Assembly: GCF_026571515.1 (NCBI RefSeq)
Contig: NW_026863766.1
Location: forward strand, 62,001-126,000
Length of the DNA: 64,000 nt
Source: Ruditapes philippinarum
Taxonomy: Eukaryota
Reading direction: 5' to 3'
Of the stretch, positions 15,001 through 28,040 are shown one piece after another; the stretch's first letter is position 1, and each line of letters begins with the position of its first letter. A model generated the notes under the pieces. The model was given only the letters and a program-made list of their open reading frames with translations. It was not told the DNA's origin and made no database searches. The position numbers were made by a program, and so were the translations under genes.

Positions 15001-18000
15001 TTGTGAAAGGCATAGGATAATGTGATGATTTTATATTCATTATCCTTTTACTTTCAGCTGGTGTAAGAAAAAAAGAAAAATCAGAAGACAAAAAGAGTTT
15101 AGTTATGGGACCAATGCAGAACAAAAAGCAAGAGCAGACGAAATTCGTGGTGCCTCAAATATTTGTAGATTATGGCAGCAGACGACAATCATATGCTTCT
15201 GATTATTTACGAAGATGTAGTGCTGAAAGTTTAAGTAGCAGGCGGACTTCTATAGCTTCAAACGAAACTGATCGAAGAGGCTCTGGAAGTAGTCTAAGTA
15301 GCAGACGGACATCTTTAGCGTCAAATGATCGACGAGGATCGGGTAGCAGTCTGTGCAGTCGAAGAACATCGTTACTGTCAGACTGTACCTCTCGTAGAAG
15401 TTCTGGAAGCAGTCGGAGTAGTAGAAAAGGTTCGAATGCTAGCTCAGGAAGATATGACGACACTGATGAATTACTGGCTGGTGAGATTATACTTGTGTAG
15501 TACTTTTATTTATAAAATGGCATGAAATATTGAAGAAATGTCCGACATAACATTTAACAATTCATTAAGAATTTTTTTCTGTAGGTTTGAATCCGGTCAG
15601 GATCTTTGGCCTCTTTCAGGTGAAGGAGCTATCCAGCTAGCTTATCGAACGTCGGTGGTTCCACTCACGTGCCACCCGACTTCCAACAACATTAAAGCTA
15701 TAAAGTCGCCATATAAACTCTACTGTTTTGATGCGACGTAAAACCCAACCATAATATCTAATATTCTGATTCTTTTTTTGTTTTTGATATAAGCAAAACG
15801 AGATTGATGATTGTTTTTTTTCATTTTTTTAGCTTCAAATGCTTTTATTAACATATTGTATGATAATGAAAAATATAAAAAAACGACACTGGTTTCATTC
15901 TTCCTAAGTATATGAAAATTGTAGCGAATGTCTTAAAGTGGCATTATGCCCATCCAAGTGACAGGTGAAAGTCAAAAAGTTAACATTTTGTCATAATTCC
16001 TTTATATTTCATAATTTATTTCTTACGAACGATAAATAACTCACTTTGCCCAAAGTGGGTCAGTCTAAGAAAATTTTGTTTAACATTTTCCAATAGCAAC
16101 TGTTAGTCAGTCACCATTATGACAGTCAATCTTTTGAAATATATAGCCATTCAGGTCAACTTGATAATGACAATAATAAAACATGAGCATAATGTCACTT
16201 TAATTGTAAGTGACCGCAGTAACAAAACTCTGTAATTCTACGTCAGATATATTGGAACGTTAGTTTTCGTATTCTGTGATTTTTATGACGCCCACGTTGA
16301 ATTAGTTCATTCATTGTTACTAAAATAGCAAGTTTTTATCTCATTGAACGTATTTTCTCGGAGCTGTTTTTCACATAGTGTTTTTCCTATTATTCTATTA
16401 TCTAAGACGAAATACCTAAATGGAAAAATGTGATGAATTTTGCCAGCCTTTCTTAAGATCAGATAAGGATCTTAGCTAGTGGTCTTGTTGACAATGATGA
16501 TTTTAAGAATATCAGAACTCATGCGTAGGTTATTAATTCCAACATCTTCTCTTTAGGCACAATTTTGTTATCGAGATTGAAAACATAATATGGCTTAGTC
16601 ATTATTTTGTTGTCACTGATTTGTATTAAACGCGTAGAATGTCAATTAGAGTTGTAGCAAAATGATGGAAATCTCTACTTTTATAGAAATCTCCCATCAG
16701 GAGTAACGTCTTCTTTTTATATGTTTATTGATTTTTACGATAAATTCAATCAGAAAAATGAAAACATAGCCTCGCTTTACAATTAGGTTGATTTCCATAC
16801 TAAGTCTGTGACAAAAATAGATAATAATTAAGTTAATGGACTCCACTACCTTATTGAGAATATGTTATATGATATAAATTGGAGGGCTATAAATTAATAA
16901 CCTTTGGTGTCGCACATGTGAGGAAACACCATTTATAGTTCAAATATACTCATTACAAAGTCTTCTCTAAACATTACACTTTTAATTAGAAAAAAATGTT
17001 CATTGTCTCAGATATAAAAAAAATCGAAGAGTATTTTAATAAGGACAAGTTAATGTTTAAATCATATAAATCACATGAAACTTCACCAAGCTTAAGGCTC
17101 TTTAAGCTTTTCTTTAATATCAATATATGAATGATACAAAGCAGTTTTTAAACTTTTACAGATAAAAGCCACCTAAATAAATATATATTCCTCCAGCACA
17201 AGCTTATCAAGATTATCCTGTTTTAGAAGCTAGAGTGTCAAAAAGTGACATTTAAAAATAATTGTTGATTGGTTGATTGGAGTTTTGAGATGTCAGGTTA
17301 TTTTAATTGACAATAAATAGGGCCGCCTGGGTGTGATTTCCCGACTACCTATTCATAACATCATTTGCAAATATTTACTTGACAAGTAAGGCTCTTGATA
17401 GACTTTGATTGTGTTCGTAGACATTTGATTGTCAATAAAGCGATGATTAATAAAGTGGTTATAAATGAAGTTACAAATATACTGTAATGCATATCAGGCT
17501 CAGTCAAGAGTTTTCCGGAGTCAAGTCTTGAGATTTTAAAATAATGTATTTATTCTTTAGATTTGTCAGACTCTGAAACATTAGAAATGGACGAGATGTA
17601 CACACTAGAGGAAGAACTACCACCAGAAAACCGGAGGTCAAGTTTAGAAGAACCTGCTGACATGCAAGAACATGAGAAAAAACGTAAACGACCACGACCA
17701 TACCGAAGGAGTCATTCACTTGCAGAAATTCGTCGACCGACAGCTATTTTCATTCCTGAAAGTAAGAAATAAAATTTATACAAACATTTGTTTTGCGTAA
17801 AAATACGCTTAGATAAAAACTAGGCAAGTGTCCGGTTTCTTGTCAAATATATTGTAATAAATTCATTTTAAAAGTAGAATTTTTAGAAAAGTTAAATATG
17901 TTGCTATCCACACCTATTTAAAAAGTTTTATTTTTCTTAGGTACATAGAGAAGTTTAACTCATAACAAATGTTTTGACATTACTGAAAATTGCAAAGTTA

Positions 18001-21000
18001 TCTTTTTCGTTGAAATATATTTATATTTTATATATTTATATGTTTGTATACATTATTTTTCTACTTTCAGTAAAGCAGCCACCAGTACCAGGTATGTTGA
18101 ACAACTTTAACGGTTCTTTGAAAAAATGGTACATTTAAACAAAACGTTATATATTGTTTGCAGTCAGTGTAATTAATAATACATCGTTTTAAAATTGAAT
18201 AAATGCATTCATGAAAAAGGGTAAATGCACCTTTTTTGTGCATTTCCAACTGCAGAATCACGTGCACACTTTAAAGCCCGAGACAGAGTGTGTCCGCTTC
18301 CTTCTGCAGATATAAATTCACAAGTTTAGGTACATTTGCACTATACTAACATAAAAAGTAAATGTCAGAATTGTGTTATTGCGTTCCCTATCAGTATTAA
18401 GCATTCTTGTGTAATGCTTTTACGTGCTAGTGCGATGTCTTTGACAGTTTCTTTTGATGATAAAACTACCAGGGCCGTCATTACACAAAGCTATTTTATT
18501 TTGAGCCCCGAGTCACGCTTATTAAAAAAAATCTACCCGTCAATAGATTTTTTCTTCTCCGTTAAAGTATACCTGTGTGCGCAGTTCTTATGCAAGACTG
18601 TTGAGATATCTGTACATCCTTTCCAAACTTGTTGAAAATTAAACGAAATAACTCCAGATTTAAATCCAAAGTAAAAGAAATAGTTTGCTACTACAGACGA
18701 AAAAATATTGTTATTCAAATACATTAACATAAAAATAACATGCTTTATAATTTCGCTAGTTACATTATAATTGTGACATATTATATTGTTGTATACAGGT
18801 CGACCTCGACCAGATGGAAGACGGGTTACACTGTCGTCACTTGTAGTTAGCTCATTAAATGCTTTGGATCATACTCCTAACCCGGTAGCACCGCCATATC
18901 AGAGAAAAAAGCCGAAATTGGTAGGATTTATTATATGCCATCAAATGATTGTCTACATAGAAATTCGGTCGTTATCGATCAAATAAAGCCGTTTAGAGTT
19001 TAAACTTAAAGTACTAAAATTTATTTTATTAAACATTTGGAATACAGCTGTGTAAAGAAATATTTCATTGGAAAATGTCGTTCGATCAAAAGTAATATAT
19101 CGTTGTACGTTTTTTTTTTTACATTATTCGCTTTTGTTCAACAAGAAGTGTCTCCAACATATCAATTTAACAATAAGAGTGAACTTGATTCTCGAGCCAA
19201 ATATAAACAATTGAATAAAAGATAATGATAAAAAACATTGATAGGATATCCATTTTGGGATCAGAATTATGGGTTACAAATTTAAATGAAACGCATATGA
19301 TACAATAATTTCTTTTCTGTATTTCAAAAGAATATCGAGATTTCAAATGTAATGCAAACTACTACAAACTTCTTGTAAATATTTTTTTCATTTTTAAGAA
19401 CTTTGCTTTGAGATAGTGTACTCTACATTCATTCCTTACAGAGACCACCAGGAATAGGTTTACCCGACACACCGGTTATGATGCACGATTTGAACCTTGA
19501 AGAAATGATGGCTCCAAGGTATGCCACACCCTTACAGCCCACAGGACGTCTGAAAGTACAACTACAGTTTACAGACAATGCTTTAAATGTGATTATTATT
19601 GAGGTAATGTTAACGTGACATTCCATTGTGCGTTTATTCATATATTTCAATTATTTGTTCATGTTATGATTTAGCTTACTGATGCATAGCTTTCTTACTG
19701 TTGCATAGTTTTCTTACTGTTGAATAGGTGACTTCAGTGAAACATTTATATCCTGCCTATAGACAACTTATTCAGCTAATTCCCCAATGTCATTGTGTTT
19801 GCATATTTTAGTCTTGTATTTTAATTTTCATTTTATTTGCGAGCCTAACAATTTTGAAGATGAAAAGGTAATAAAGATGACTTGTTTCAAAATCTAAGTA
19901 TGGTGATTCCTATAGTGTATATTTATTACAGCCATAGTCAGAAAACAAACAACTTGACATAAAATTATCAGCTAAAATGCTTAAACTTTATACTATGTAT
20001 TTCCATTTTCAGGCAGGTGATCTCAGAATTGCTGGTCTACCAAGTAACACAGATGTAAACCCGTATGTGAAGGCATTTCAAGTACCTGGTAGAACATTTA
20101 AATACAGAACTAAAACAATAAATAAATCAAGGGAGAGTAACATGATTAAATTCATGAGAGCAGAATAGATTCTCAAGATTTTAAAACTGTTGGTTGTAAC
20201 ACCAAAATCAATAAGAGGCAATTCAAAATAGAGATGGTTAACAATAAAACGACGTTGGCATTTGCATGTTTAAAAAAACACATAAAAGCTGACATGTTAA
20301 AGCTGATGGCATTAAGGCAAAACAAAAAAGAAATCGAAAAAGGTAACATTCTTACGTGATCTAGTTCTGTTTTAATTAATTTATTTTATATATTACAGAC
20401 GCCTGTGTTCCTTGAAAAGTTTTCTATTCAAGAAATAACCAGAGAAGAGGTATCAGATGGGTCTGCTCTCGAATTCCAGGTTAGATTGTGTTACTTTCTT
20501 AAATTCTAAATCAACATATCAAGTTTTAGATGCTACATTTGTAATATCCCACAAAGGATACATTTGTAATATCATACAAAGATACATATGTAATATCACA
20601 CTCAAGTTAGACATGTAAATTAACATCGCATATCATCCTAACATTTGTTTGCTTATTGTTCCAACTAAATTGCTGATAAGAAGCAAATACTAAAGATCAA
20701 AAGACATTAATACTGTATGACAAGGCGAAAACACGAGATAAAAAAACGTCTAAAATCATGAGACATTATTTTCTTCTTGCATTTGCGTAATGAATTATTT
20801 AGTAACTATTTCATTAAACTTGATTTAATTGCATGTGATAAAAATCAATTCATATGAATTTTCAGAAAGAAAAAGAATGGCGCACTAGCTATTTTAACTG
20901 ACCTGCTTTTATAAATGTTGAAATAAATTAATTAGCCAGTCACGTGATAACGTTTAACGTAATAAAACATATGACTTCAATTCTACTAATATTCTTAAAT

Positions 21001-22203
21001 TGACATCATTATAAATGTGTCTACTTTTACGTCCTCCATACACACTTAAAATAAAATATTTCAATATTTTTATCGTAGGTTTATTCCTCGCATCATATTA
21101 CTCGTAGACATCTGGTGGGTATGGCGGCAGTCCAGCTGAAAGATATAGATAAATACGAAAATGGACTTGTAGATTTGATAATACTCCCTCATAGTGTTTA
21201 CAGGGTAATATTTCTTTAATTTATTTTGTCAAACAATTCATCTATCTCAAGTTTTTAGTTGTGTTTTACCATAACAGACATGTTAAAACATATGGTAATG
21301 TTTATGACAAATTTGATGTTATGCAGGGAAAGGTGTTCATACTTTTATTTAAAACATTCTTACATTAACTTCAAACTACAAATTGAACCGTTTCACACAA
21401 TGTCGAAACCTAATCATAAACACATCATACATAATATTCACTGTTTACCATTGGATTGAGTTAATCATAAAACACTTTCTTAGTAAATGCATTTTTTAAA
21501 GAACATGTTATGAAATAAGATTTTGTATTTCAGCTACACCAAGGTGATATACATATCTCTGGTTGCTATCAGCCGGTTGCAGGGAAAATGGTATTCAATG
21601 TGGTAGAAGCAAGGACATTACCACGAGTATCACTTCTTGGTGCTGTCAGTAAGTAGTGGTTTATTTAGTAAAAGAAGTTTCTTTTGTTTGTACGTAGTAT
21701 GATTGAAAACATAATTTTTAGCAATATTATTGAATACTTCTGTTGGGGGATCCGTGGCAGAGGGTTTAGGTCGCTGTCTTCAAAACCATTTGCCCCCGCA
21801 ACGCTGTTGGTTCGAATCCCGACAGGGATCATGAATTCCGTCATGTGAAGAAGCTATCAAGATTCAGTGGTTCTACACAGGTGTACGTTTGTGCCTGAAA
21901 TAATGCACGAAAGGACAGTAAAGCTGTAAGTCACCATTTGACTTATACTGTGTTTGGTGCGACCCAACCAAAAAGTTATATACAAAAAAGAAGCAGCATA
22001 ATACATGTTAAACACAATTACAACATGTTTTCGTTGTGCTATGTTTATTATCATTACAGAAACAGTGACAATTACTTTTGCGTAATAATTAACGGAAAAA
22101 TTATTTTATTGTTCTCCGAAATGGAATTTCATTTACAAGAAAAACATTTAACCCAACCACTCTAATTCGCACAATATGTATAATAAATGAATAAATAAAT
22201 TAA

Positions 22204-22250
<47 letters not shown>

Positions 22251-22956
22251 ATACTTATTATGCTTTTTTCGTAAAAAACTTAACCATATTAACAAACATC
22301 ATAATTTTGTTTGATATTGTAATCGTTGTCAGCAAATCAGCATAAGGGCGACATATATTATTATTTGATATCTTTCTTTGTAGATCCCTATGTCAAAGTG
22401 GAAATGTACATAAATGGAATAAGAGAAGCAAAACACAAGACAAAAGTCCGTCAAAACACGCAAGATCCAGTTTGGAATCAGCCTTGTGTGTTTGATATAA
22501 ACAGAGAGAACCCTAAACTTCTTGGTCACGTTTTTGTTTTTCATATAATCCACAAGGACATGATGATGGGAGTTCAGAAGATAGGACAGGTGATATATTA
22601 ATGTATTATAATGATAACAAGATTCAATCAGAAGATATTTTTGAACACCAGTTTAATGAAAATATATTGATACATGTTTACTTATTAAATACTACCCTTT
22701 TCTCGTCCTTCTGAATACAGATGAATAATACATGTAACTGAATAAGGAGGTACGGAGAACTATTATCGACATATTCAAATTGTATTTATGTTTACGTAAC
22801 AGTAAGCAATTGAAATAATCTTTTGTATTTAAGGTGGAGCTTGGATGGTATAGTCACGGTGAGCAACTGGATCATTGGTACGAAATAATGGAACACCCAC
22901 ACAGGCCGACTGATTACTGGCATCCGATAATAAAGACAAGTAAAATTACGTCATGA
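12075..22956 (+). CDS. Synaptotagmin-like protein (TM, Ser/Arg-rich linker, C2A, C2B); start exon not located
   Basis: Phase-consistent exons 12075-12227 (TM: IIIGVVTLGICSFVIVFICF), 15058-15480, 17561-17761, 18071-18091, 18799-18920, 19442-19603, 20013-20132, 20399-20479, 21079-21204, 21534-21648, 22384-22589, 22834-22956 (TGA). C2A: GRLKVQLQF..LNVIIIEAGDL..NPYVK..YRTKTINKSRTPVFLEKF. C2B: GDIHISGCYQPVAGKMVFNVVEARTL..NPYVKVEM..KHKTKVRQNTQDPVWNQ. Synaptotagmin-type end HWYEIMEHPHRPTDYWHPI. The donor at 20133 reads GA, not GT. Confidence 0.88.
13560..14860 (+). repeat. Degenerate (ACG/ACT/ACA)n-rich low-complexity tract in the intron after the TM exon
   Basis: Dense acgacg/acgact/actac runs; Thr-rich ORF fragments (14500-14718) broken by stops and frameshifts; paralogous tract at ~29580-30720. 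Confidence 0.7.
15578..15752 (+). mobile_element. 5'-truncated tRNA-derived SINE (duplicated at ~31398-31572)
   Basis: ggtttgaatcc B box, body gctatccagctagcttatcgaacgtcggtggtt, 3' end gcgacgtaaaacccaac. Confidence 0.6.
21745..21975 (+). mobile_element. tRNA-derived SINE
   Basis: A box tggcagagggtttagg, B box ggttcgaatcc (21809-21819), body catgtgaagaagctatc, 3' end ggtgcgacccaaccaaaa. Confidence 0.7.
22182..22252. repeat. (TAAA)n microsatellite
   Basis: Directly visible. Confidence 0.95.
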
Positions 22957-24929
22957 CCGAACAGTGAGCACAGTTTTGATGGATGTATTAATTATTGTGT
23001 ATGTGCCCCAAAATATTTGACTATCTCACATTGTAATGGATTTACACTTGACCATTATATCATAGAAATAGCTAAGATTTATCATGTGTGTTAAACAGAA
23101 TCCTAGTGTGATCATTCTCTACAAAGACGTACGCACATGTACGATAGTGTATATATGTATTTCCATTCTATCAACTAGAATCATCCTACTATTAACGATT
23201 GATCTCCATCCAGGATAAACAACAAAGCAGTCTTATAGATGTATATTTAATGTGAAAAGAAATTGTATAGATTTGGTACCCATTATAAGCTTATACTTTC
23301 AAAGAATGTTTTTATCAGCGAAGTAATATTGTGTTCCCTTTTACTTTTTTACGTGCAAATATATTTTTTCATCTACTGCACATTGCTGAATATATGTAAT
23401 GTCCTTGTACTGTATCTTTAATATAGGACGAACATAATTAAACAATATGTAATCATTTGTTGAGCACCAAAAGTGTAAAAATATGTCTAGCTTTTACAGT
23501 TATTCTAAAAGATATTTTGTTTTTAAAGACATAGAGACCTAATTCTAAAAGCCAATCAATTATTATAACAAATTGTTTATACTGAAATATGCATTTGTGT
23601 ATATCAAAGCTAATATAAGATCATAAAATAAGAAGATGCAAAACACATTCCTATACTATAAATGTATATGCCATATACGATGCTAAATATAATGATTTAG
23701 ATAAAAAAATATCTACGCCAGTCTTTGAATATTTCATAAGTTACAGTCTTGATTGTTTATATGTACTATCACGCATAGCCATTATCAGTAGCTCTGAGGC
23801 ATCATATCTAAAGGCCAAACTATTTCATCCCTGTATATAATATAACCCAAAGCTAAAGCATAAATGCGTCATTTTTGCCCATGTAAACCTAAATTGTGAA
23901 TTGTGTATATAATTTATTTATTAGAATATTGTGATATGTCATATTTTATGCTAGTAATACTGTCGATGACACCCCATGTTGTTATTTTTATTGATGATTA
24001 AAGTATTTACCATGCGTTAAATGACTGAAAAATAAATATTTTAGTTTGGAAATGTGCTTGTTTTTCATTCATTGTTAAGGAATAAGTACTAAATAATGTT
24101 TATAAAACCAAATGGTGGACGATGGAAATTCGTTCTTAAACTGGTTTATTGCGCAAGGCAAGAGTAGAAGAGTTATTGCATTTTTGTGCATGTGATACCT
24201 AGAGAAACACGAGGACGTATCTGCAGGTCGAGGGATTTAATATGTACGAGGGTTACTGCAGTTGCCAATTCACGGAAAACTCGCATTAGCGTTATCAACG
24301 TATATAGTACAAATCTGGTCGGGTATATCCGTGCTTTCTAAAAGTGGTGCCGTTATGCTTTTAACTTGCGAATACAAAGTGTTGTAAATGAAAATATAAG
24401 GTTGTCATTGCAGTGATTCTTTTTGAATAGCGCCCTGAGTCATGCATTTTTATAAAAAGTGCGTCAACGAGTTGTGTTCTTGTAATGTTATCCAATGAAC
24501 GCAAGTGTTTAGCTATGATAATCAAATTACGATACATTTAATTTCACATTAATACCTATGTTTCTATATATAGTAAAAACAATCTAGGGTATTTCAAGGT
24601 CATTTTGGCAAGATTAAGGTCATAATGCAACCTTGGCCGCCTTGCTACTCGTCATTATTTTTCCATAATGGGAGTGTGAATGAGCACACGTGCAGAATGA
24701 CGTAATCAACTCTCAATGACTTTTAAAATGGCTGCTTTCGTTGAACGAACTGTTGTCACTTGCACATGAGATGACATAATCAGTCGCATTCAACAAAGCT
24801 TAACATTGAATAATCATAATTTCAAGAAAAAATTCAGTAACTCTACCAAATTCAAAACATGACTCTCAGAAATTCCGAAAATGATTTTAGATTGATGGTA
24901 GAAAAAAAAGATTGGGGGCATTTAGAGCT

Positions 24930-25530
24930 AAAATATGATAAACAAGATCAACAAGGAAAGGCGGCGTTCAATAAACACAACCCCCATATGACCCAGCAAC
25001 AAGAACCAATGGCAAGGAGCCCAGGCGGACCCCAAACAAAAACAGGACAGGGCAAAGACAGAGCACGGACAGGTTAAACATTAAATGATAAAAATATTTA
25101 TAACTGATAAGGAATTCAAAGAAAATTATAAAAGGCCCACAAAGGGGAAGGGGACAGGAGACCGGGGGGAAGGGAGGGGGGGGGTTAATCAAAGTAATAA
25201 AAACTAGAGGCAATTGGGAAGATACTAACCGTAGACGAGAAAACAACAAGGGACACAAGCAAAAGTGTCACCAAAACAGTATGAAACAACATAGACATTC
25301 ATCTGAGGAACAGAGTGGGGCGCCGCCTTGGAACGGTCAGCAGCATAATAATGACTGCTGGGGAGTTTAAACCGGTTAATGGTGCACCAAACCTCACTCT
25401 TAGCCCCACCATATTCCTATAAACGAGACAGTGTAAATAAAATGAATCCCCGCCAAGTGAAATTCTAACAGTTGTCATGGTTATAAAAGGTTAAATAACT
25501 AAAACACTAAAATTTAATTTCACACTAAAT
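24930..25530 (-). mobile_element. Unclassified dispersed repeat (~600 bp)
   Basis: Absent from the paralogous site near 49325. Its left ~110-150 bp recur as the reverse complement at ~41855-41985 and ~55430-55540. Strand is nominal. Confidence 0.7.
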
Positions 25531-25788
25531 GTGTGACTTGACATCCGAACAATTCTTGAAAGTACACAAATGCATAGAAAACTTGAACTACAAATAAATA
25601 TAAATAGTATTAGTCAATTTAAACAACAATAAAGCAACATATTATCATATTAACTTTGTGTTATCATGTTTTCTAAGTTATCCGAGACAAGTATTTGTTT
25701 ACATTGACAACTAAGGGCGATAACCAAGATTAGAGGCAATGTATTAACGCCGTATTTCCGGCATAGGTATTTAAGACGTTGCTGCAAT

Positions 25789-25884
25789 TACTTGGTTGCT
25801 GCTCGCCATTATGCGATAATGGTCCGAAGATGTGCATACTGGCTTGAGGGTCATTATTGCCTAATGGCGAGCAGCAACCAAGTA
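25789..25884. repeat. Palindromic MITE-like core (longer version at ~49589-49721)
   Basis: tacttggttgctgctcgccatta ... taatggcgagcagcaaccaagta are exact reverse complements. Confidence 0.75.
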
Positions 25885-28040
25885 TTTACCTCTTATAAAT
25901 TTTAAAGTGGTTTCTATTTTATTTCATACAGATTTTTTTCGGTAGCGTTACATTATATTATATAATTGAATAATTAGTAACAATCAAAACTTTCTTTTCA
26001 ACCAACCTTAAATTTTATAACTTGCATTCATAATATATTCAGAAATTTTTCCACCCTTATTCTGCTGTTGAATGTTTATTATACTATGAATTGCTTATAG
26101 AATAATAATTATTCCATTTTCATGCATTCTGCAACCTGTGTTTGTTTATAAGGATACTAGCAGTTAAACATTACACAGACCAAGACGCCAAATGCATTGT
26201 CAGTACATATTAATGCTAATATCAAATCAGTTTATTTATAATGTTTAAAATCAGATTTAAAGTCTTCTCATGTACAGACTCAAGCAAACCGAGTCTGCAA
26301 TTTTCATGTAATTTTGCTATTTGACTGCTTCCGAGGGATCACTTTTTTCCAGATATTTCTGAAACGAACAATATTGTCATTTTATAGAGTTCACTCGATG
26401 CCTGAAACAGCTTTGTATTCAAGAACTTTGCAAAATGTGTAGCAGGGCTTTATAATCAATAGAAACACTGCCTTGATATCATAAACAACAATTTAATAGC
26501 GGTGTTCTCGGGGGAATTCCATCTAAAATGATTTATTACAAACGCAAAAAGTCTTCCAGTGTGTTCATTTCAAGGTTAAACGGTGTAAAGAGGCCAGTTT
26601 ATCGTTTATCAGGCTTAACCAACATAAAATTGTGCTAAATGAATAATTTTATTGAACAAAAGGCAAATGCCTGTGAGTACATTTACATAAACATATAATA
26701 CAAGGGTTTTATTTTTACAAAATAATCAGTAGCGGTCCAATTCTATATAAATCGTCATAAAAATATGTAATCGTAAAAAATATCAATCATCACTGCATGC
26801 AATAGAAAAATGAAATTTATTTTATCAAGTATGTTAAGTATTATCATGAAATAGTAAATATCATACTCATGACCTAATCGTATTATTTTGCAAACTATAA
26901 GAGGCAATTGGTGAAACAACAGTATCAATCAATAAAAATGTAAATGCGTTTATGTAAATGTTCTCATTTAAAATATTTAATTTGACTTTTGGAGTATTTT
27001 CAAACAGTTAGACATCGTCAATAAGATTTTGTTTTGCTAAATACAACATCATACAGTTTGAATTATTTTTCGTTTTTACCTGCTTAAATCAAAAACATGT
27101 TAGTAACGTTTAATATATTTTTAGACATACTAATACTATGATTTACTTTGATTGGATTTGTATCAGTACAGATGTTTTTAAAACATTTGGTTACATATAA
27201 ATTGAAATTTGTTTTTTTCAAGGAAGCTCACAATGAAGACGGATTCAACATTCCAGTAACACAGCAATACAGTCAAAATAAGACTACCATTCAATATTTT
27301 TTTGCTGTTAAATTACCTGATTAGAAATTTATTCACCTAACATGTAAAATCATATTTTTTCACAACAGAAATATACATAAATCATCAACAGATATGACAT
27401 TCACCGTCCAGCATATTTACTCACTTTAAGGTGTATGCTACAATTATCATATATACTTTAATTGGAATGAATTAGCTTTCAATTAAATTGTCCATATTAA
27501 AAGTTTCATTGAACTTGTACATTAAGTTTAACCATGACAGTTCTATGTACCCTTCATGTATATGATACTTAAATTTACAATAAAACAATTATTGAGAATC
27601 ATGTTCTTTTATCAAGAAATCGACAAACACACAATACACGTATATTTTATTTGAAAAAAAAATGTTTTATTGATTTATAGAGCATATTTATATAAAATAT
27701 AAATACTTACCTCTCAAAATATCTGAAATGGACGTGTCCTTCTTCGAATGCGGACAAAACCATTTATCATTTTAGGATAAGTATTGGCTTAACAGCTAAC
27801 AGTGCACAACATTCAAGCTGATCATTGTCCGCACTGATCGCAGGTTTAATGAAAATTAGAAGTCAAAAATAAATAAACAAGTTTGTTAACGATTTACTTA
27901 AACAGTATCTGTTATTTACAACCTACGTTATTAAGTACATACATGTATATATAGAGGATATTGAATGGGTGTAAGTTCAATACTGAATTTATTGCACGAG
28001 TTGAATAAACTTACATTTTCCCCTTTTTCTTTTATTTCAG

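Larger units (their letters stand above)
12055..28010 (+). repeat. Tandem segmental duplication, copy 1 (~16 kb)
   Basis: 12055-21425 aligns with 28021-38640, and 24811-28010 aligns with 38801-38848 plus 49259-~51990; introns and SINEs are shared. Confidence 0.92.

Noticed and set aside
15203-15463. Repetitive minus-strand ORF (LLRLLPE repeats); likewise 39307-39903, 46939-47349 and 868-1098
   Set aside because: Antisense shadows of real coding exons.
21745-21830. tRNA gene (also 10104, 10655, 15578)
   Set aside because: A/B boxes run into a shared SINE body and tail; no complete cloverleaf.
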